Below are positions 62,699-64,000 of a DNA stretch of 64,000 nt, one piece after another. The position numbers and the translations under genes are program-made. The stretch lies in assembly GCA_964252075.1 (NCBI GenBank), contig CAXULY010000023.1, positions 1 to 64,000 on the forward strand, given 5' to 3'. Under the pieces are notes generated by a model, which did no database searches, was not told where the DNA came from, and worked only from the letters and a program-made list of their open reading frames with translations. How positions within the stretch are numbered: the stretch's first letter is position 1; every line of letters starts with the position of its first letter. The stretch is from an uncultured Deinococcaceae bacterium. Lineage in GTDB: Bacteria > Deinococcota > Deinococci > Deinococcales > Deinococcaceae.

Positions 62699-64000
62699 AT
62701 GACCAAAACAGCAGCGACCGCACCGACCAACGCCGCCCCCAAGAAGCGCGGCCGCCCGGCCAAGAAGACCACCGCAGGTGATGCCGCAGCTGAGTCGGCG
62801 CATGCCGCAGCTGAGTCGGCGCATGCCGCAGCTGAGTCGGCACATGCCGTCACCGAGGCCATCCGGGTGTCCACGGAGGCCGCCGAGCAGTTCGCGGCGA
62901 CCCTCGCCACCCCCACGCCGGAAGCGGCCGCGGCGCTGGAGGAGCTGGGCGTGACGCCCCTGAACGCCGAGGCGCCCGTGACAACCCCGGTTGACGCCGC
63001 ACCGTTCCTGTGGGGCAGCAAGGTCACCACGGCGCCGCTGTACAGCCTGGTGGCCAGCCCCCTCAACCCCCGCAAGCACTTCGAGGAGTCGAGCATCGCG
63101 GAACTCGCGGAGTCCGTGGCACACAAGGGCTTGATGCAGAACCTCGTGGTGCGGCGCGGCGACCACCCGAACGAGTACGAGGTGGTCGCCGGTGGCCGCC
63201 GCCTGCGCGCGCTGCAGCTGCTGGAGCAGAGCGGCCGCATTCAGTCGGGGTACGAGGTGCCCGTGCGGCTCGCGGCGCTCACGGACCTGGAGGCGCTGCA
63301 GCTGGCGACCGCCGAGAACGTCGAGCGGCGCAGCATGACGCCGCTGGAGGAGGCCGACGCGTTCGCCCGCATGATCGAGCTGGGCGCGAGCGCGGAGGAC
63401 ATCGCGCTGCGCTTCGGGTACAACCGCCGCACCATCGACCAGCGCCTCACCCTCGCCCGCGACCTGGGCGACGACGCGCGGGAGCTGCTAAACGCCAGAG
63501 AGATCACGCTCGGGCAGGCGCAGGTCATCGCCATGACGTCGGGCCCACTGCGCAAGCACGTACTGAACTCCGCTCGCGCGGGCAACAGCCCGGACCGGCT
63601 GCGTCAGACGATCAGGAGCAGCAGCTTCTTGGTGGATCACGCGAAGTTCGACGTGCAGGCCTCCGGACTCGCCGTCGTCGAGGACCTCTTCGGAGACACA
63701 CCTGCGCGATTCGCGGACCCACAGGCCGCCCTCGCCCTCCAGTTGGACTGGGTGAATGCCCGCGCCGAGACGCTGCGCGCCAAGGAGAAACACCACTTCG
63801 TGGACCTGGTGGCTCAGGACCGCGAGAACCTGTACCTCCCGTACAGCGATTACGACAGCCACACCGGCTACAAGGACCTCGCGGGCATCGTGCTGCTCTA
63901 CAGCACCGTCACCGGCGAGATCAGGGAGCAGGGCGGTGTGGTGCGTGAAGCGGACAAGCGCGCCCGCCAGCAGAGCGAGCGCGCCAAGACCAAGGCCAAG
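62699..64000 (+). CDS. ParB/RepB/Spo0J-family protein with N-terminal AT-hook-like motif (partial, runs off the window)
   Basis: AAGGAG RBS, ATG 62699; KKRGRPAKK; NPRKHF..ELAESV..GLMQNLVVR..VAGGRRLRAL; ENVERRSMTPLEEA. Confidence 0.88.
   Translation, partial: MTKTAATAPTNAAPKKRGRPAKKTTAGDAAAESAHAAAESAHAAAESAHAVTEAIRVSTEAAEQFAATLATPTPEAAAALEELGVTPLNAEAPVTTPVDAAPFLWGSKVTTAPLYSLVASPLNPRKHFEESSIAELAESVAHKGLMQNLVVRRGDHPNEYEVVAGGRRLRALQLLEQSGRIQSGYEVPVRLAALTDLEALQLATAENVERRSMTPLEEADAFARMIELGASAEDIALRFGYNRRTIDQRLTLARDLGDDARELLNAREITLGQAQVIAMTSGPLRKHVLNSARAGNSPDRLRQTIRSSSFLVDHAKFDVQASGLAVVEDLFGDTPARFADPQAALALQLDWVNARAETLRAKEKHHFVDLVAQDRENLYLPYSDYDSHTGYKDLAGIVLLYSTVTGEIREQGGVVREADKRARQQSERAKTKAK
62781..62848 (+). 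repeat. 21-bp tandem repeat, about 3.2 copies, in frame
   Basis: (ATGCCGCAGCTGAGTCGGCGC)x3 encoding AAAESAH repeats. Confidence 0.9.

Larger units (their letters stand above)
52030..64000. mobile_element. Prophage (left arm; continues beyond the window) integrated in comM
   Basis: Integrase, protease and repressor divergent from cro-like, HNH, recombination and replication genes; dense ATGA/GTGA overlaps; no structural genes visible here. Confidence 0.9.

Noticed and set aside
61339..62848. Short repeats as a possible CRISPR array, with the Cas4-like nuclease as a cas gene
   Set aside because: The repeats are in-frame, 21-bp period, without unique spacers; the nuclease lies in a phage recombination module and no cas1/cas2 is present

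Overview
This is a very GC-rich bacterial window, most consistent with Deinococcus: it carries DdrA-, DdrO- and IrrE-like sequences and many leaderless -10/ATG arrangements. 1-27.1 kb: tRNA-Phe/tRNA-Thr, then an accessory block with a DUF981 protein, a LuxR-like regulator, a GGDEF-GAF-HD-GYP protein, a complete L-rhamnose uptake/catabolism locus coupled to lutABC, a DUF2946(CxxC/RAPP)-YcnI copper-type operon, a lipoprotein with a ParB-like domain, MRJP and SDR genes, closed by tRNA-Gln. 27.1-51.6 kb: mostly housekeeping genes (argB, two dus genes, ffh, hbd, hisF/hisIE, murA, Ser/Thr kinase, tatA, dedA), plus a small island with a Cys-less AhpD-like protein, two convergent atypical LuxR proteins, an S8 lipoprotease and an Ig-repeat lipoprotein, flanked by repeated CGGGA-N5-TCCCG boxes. 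From about 52.03 kb to the end: the left arm of a prophage integrated by a large serine recombinase into comM. Most notable: the prophage immunity module resembles the Deinococcus radiation-response switch (IrrE-like metalloprotease plus DdrO-like XRE repressor), and its early operon carries a full-length DdrA homolog next to a second annealase (Bet-like) and a PD-(D/E)XK nuclease. Family assignments come from motif recognition and recalled sequences, not database searches.
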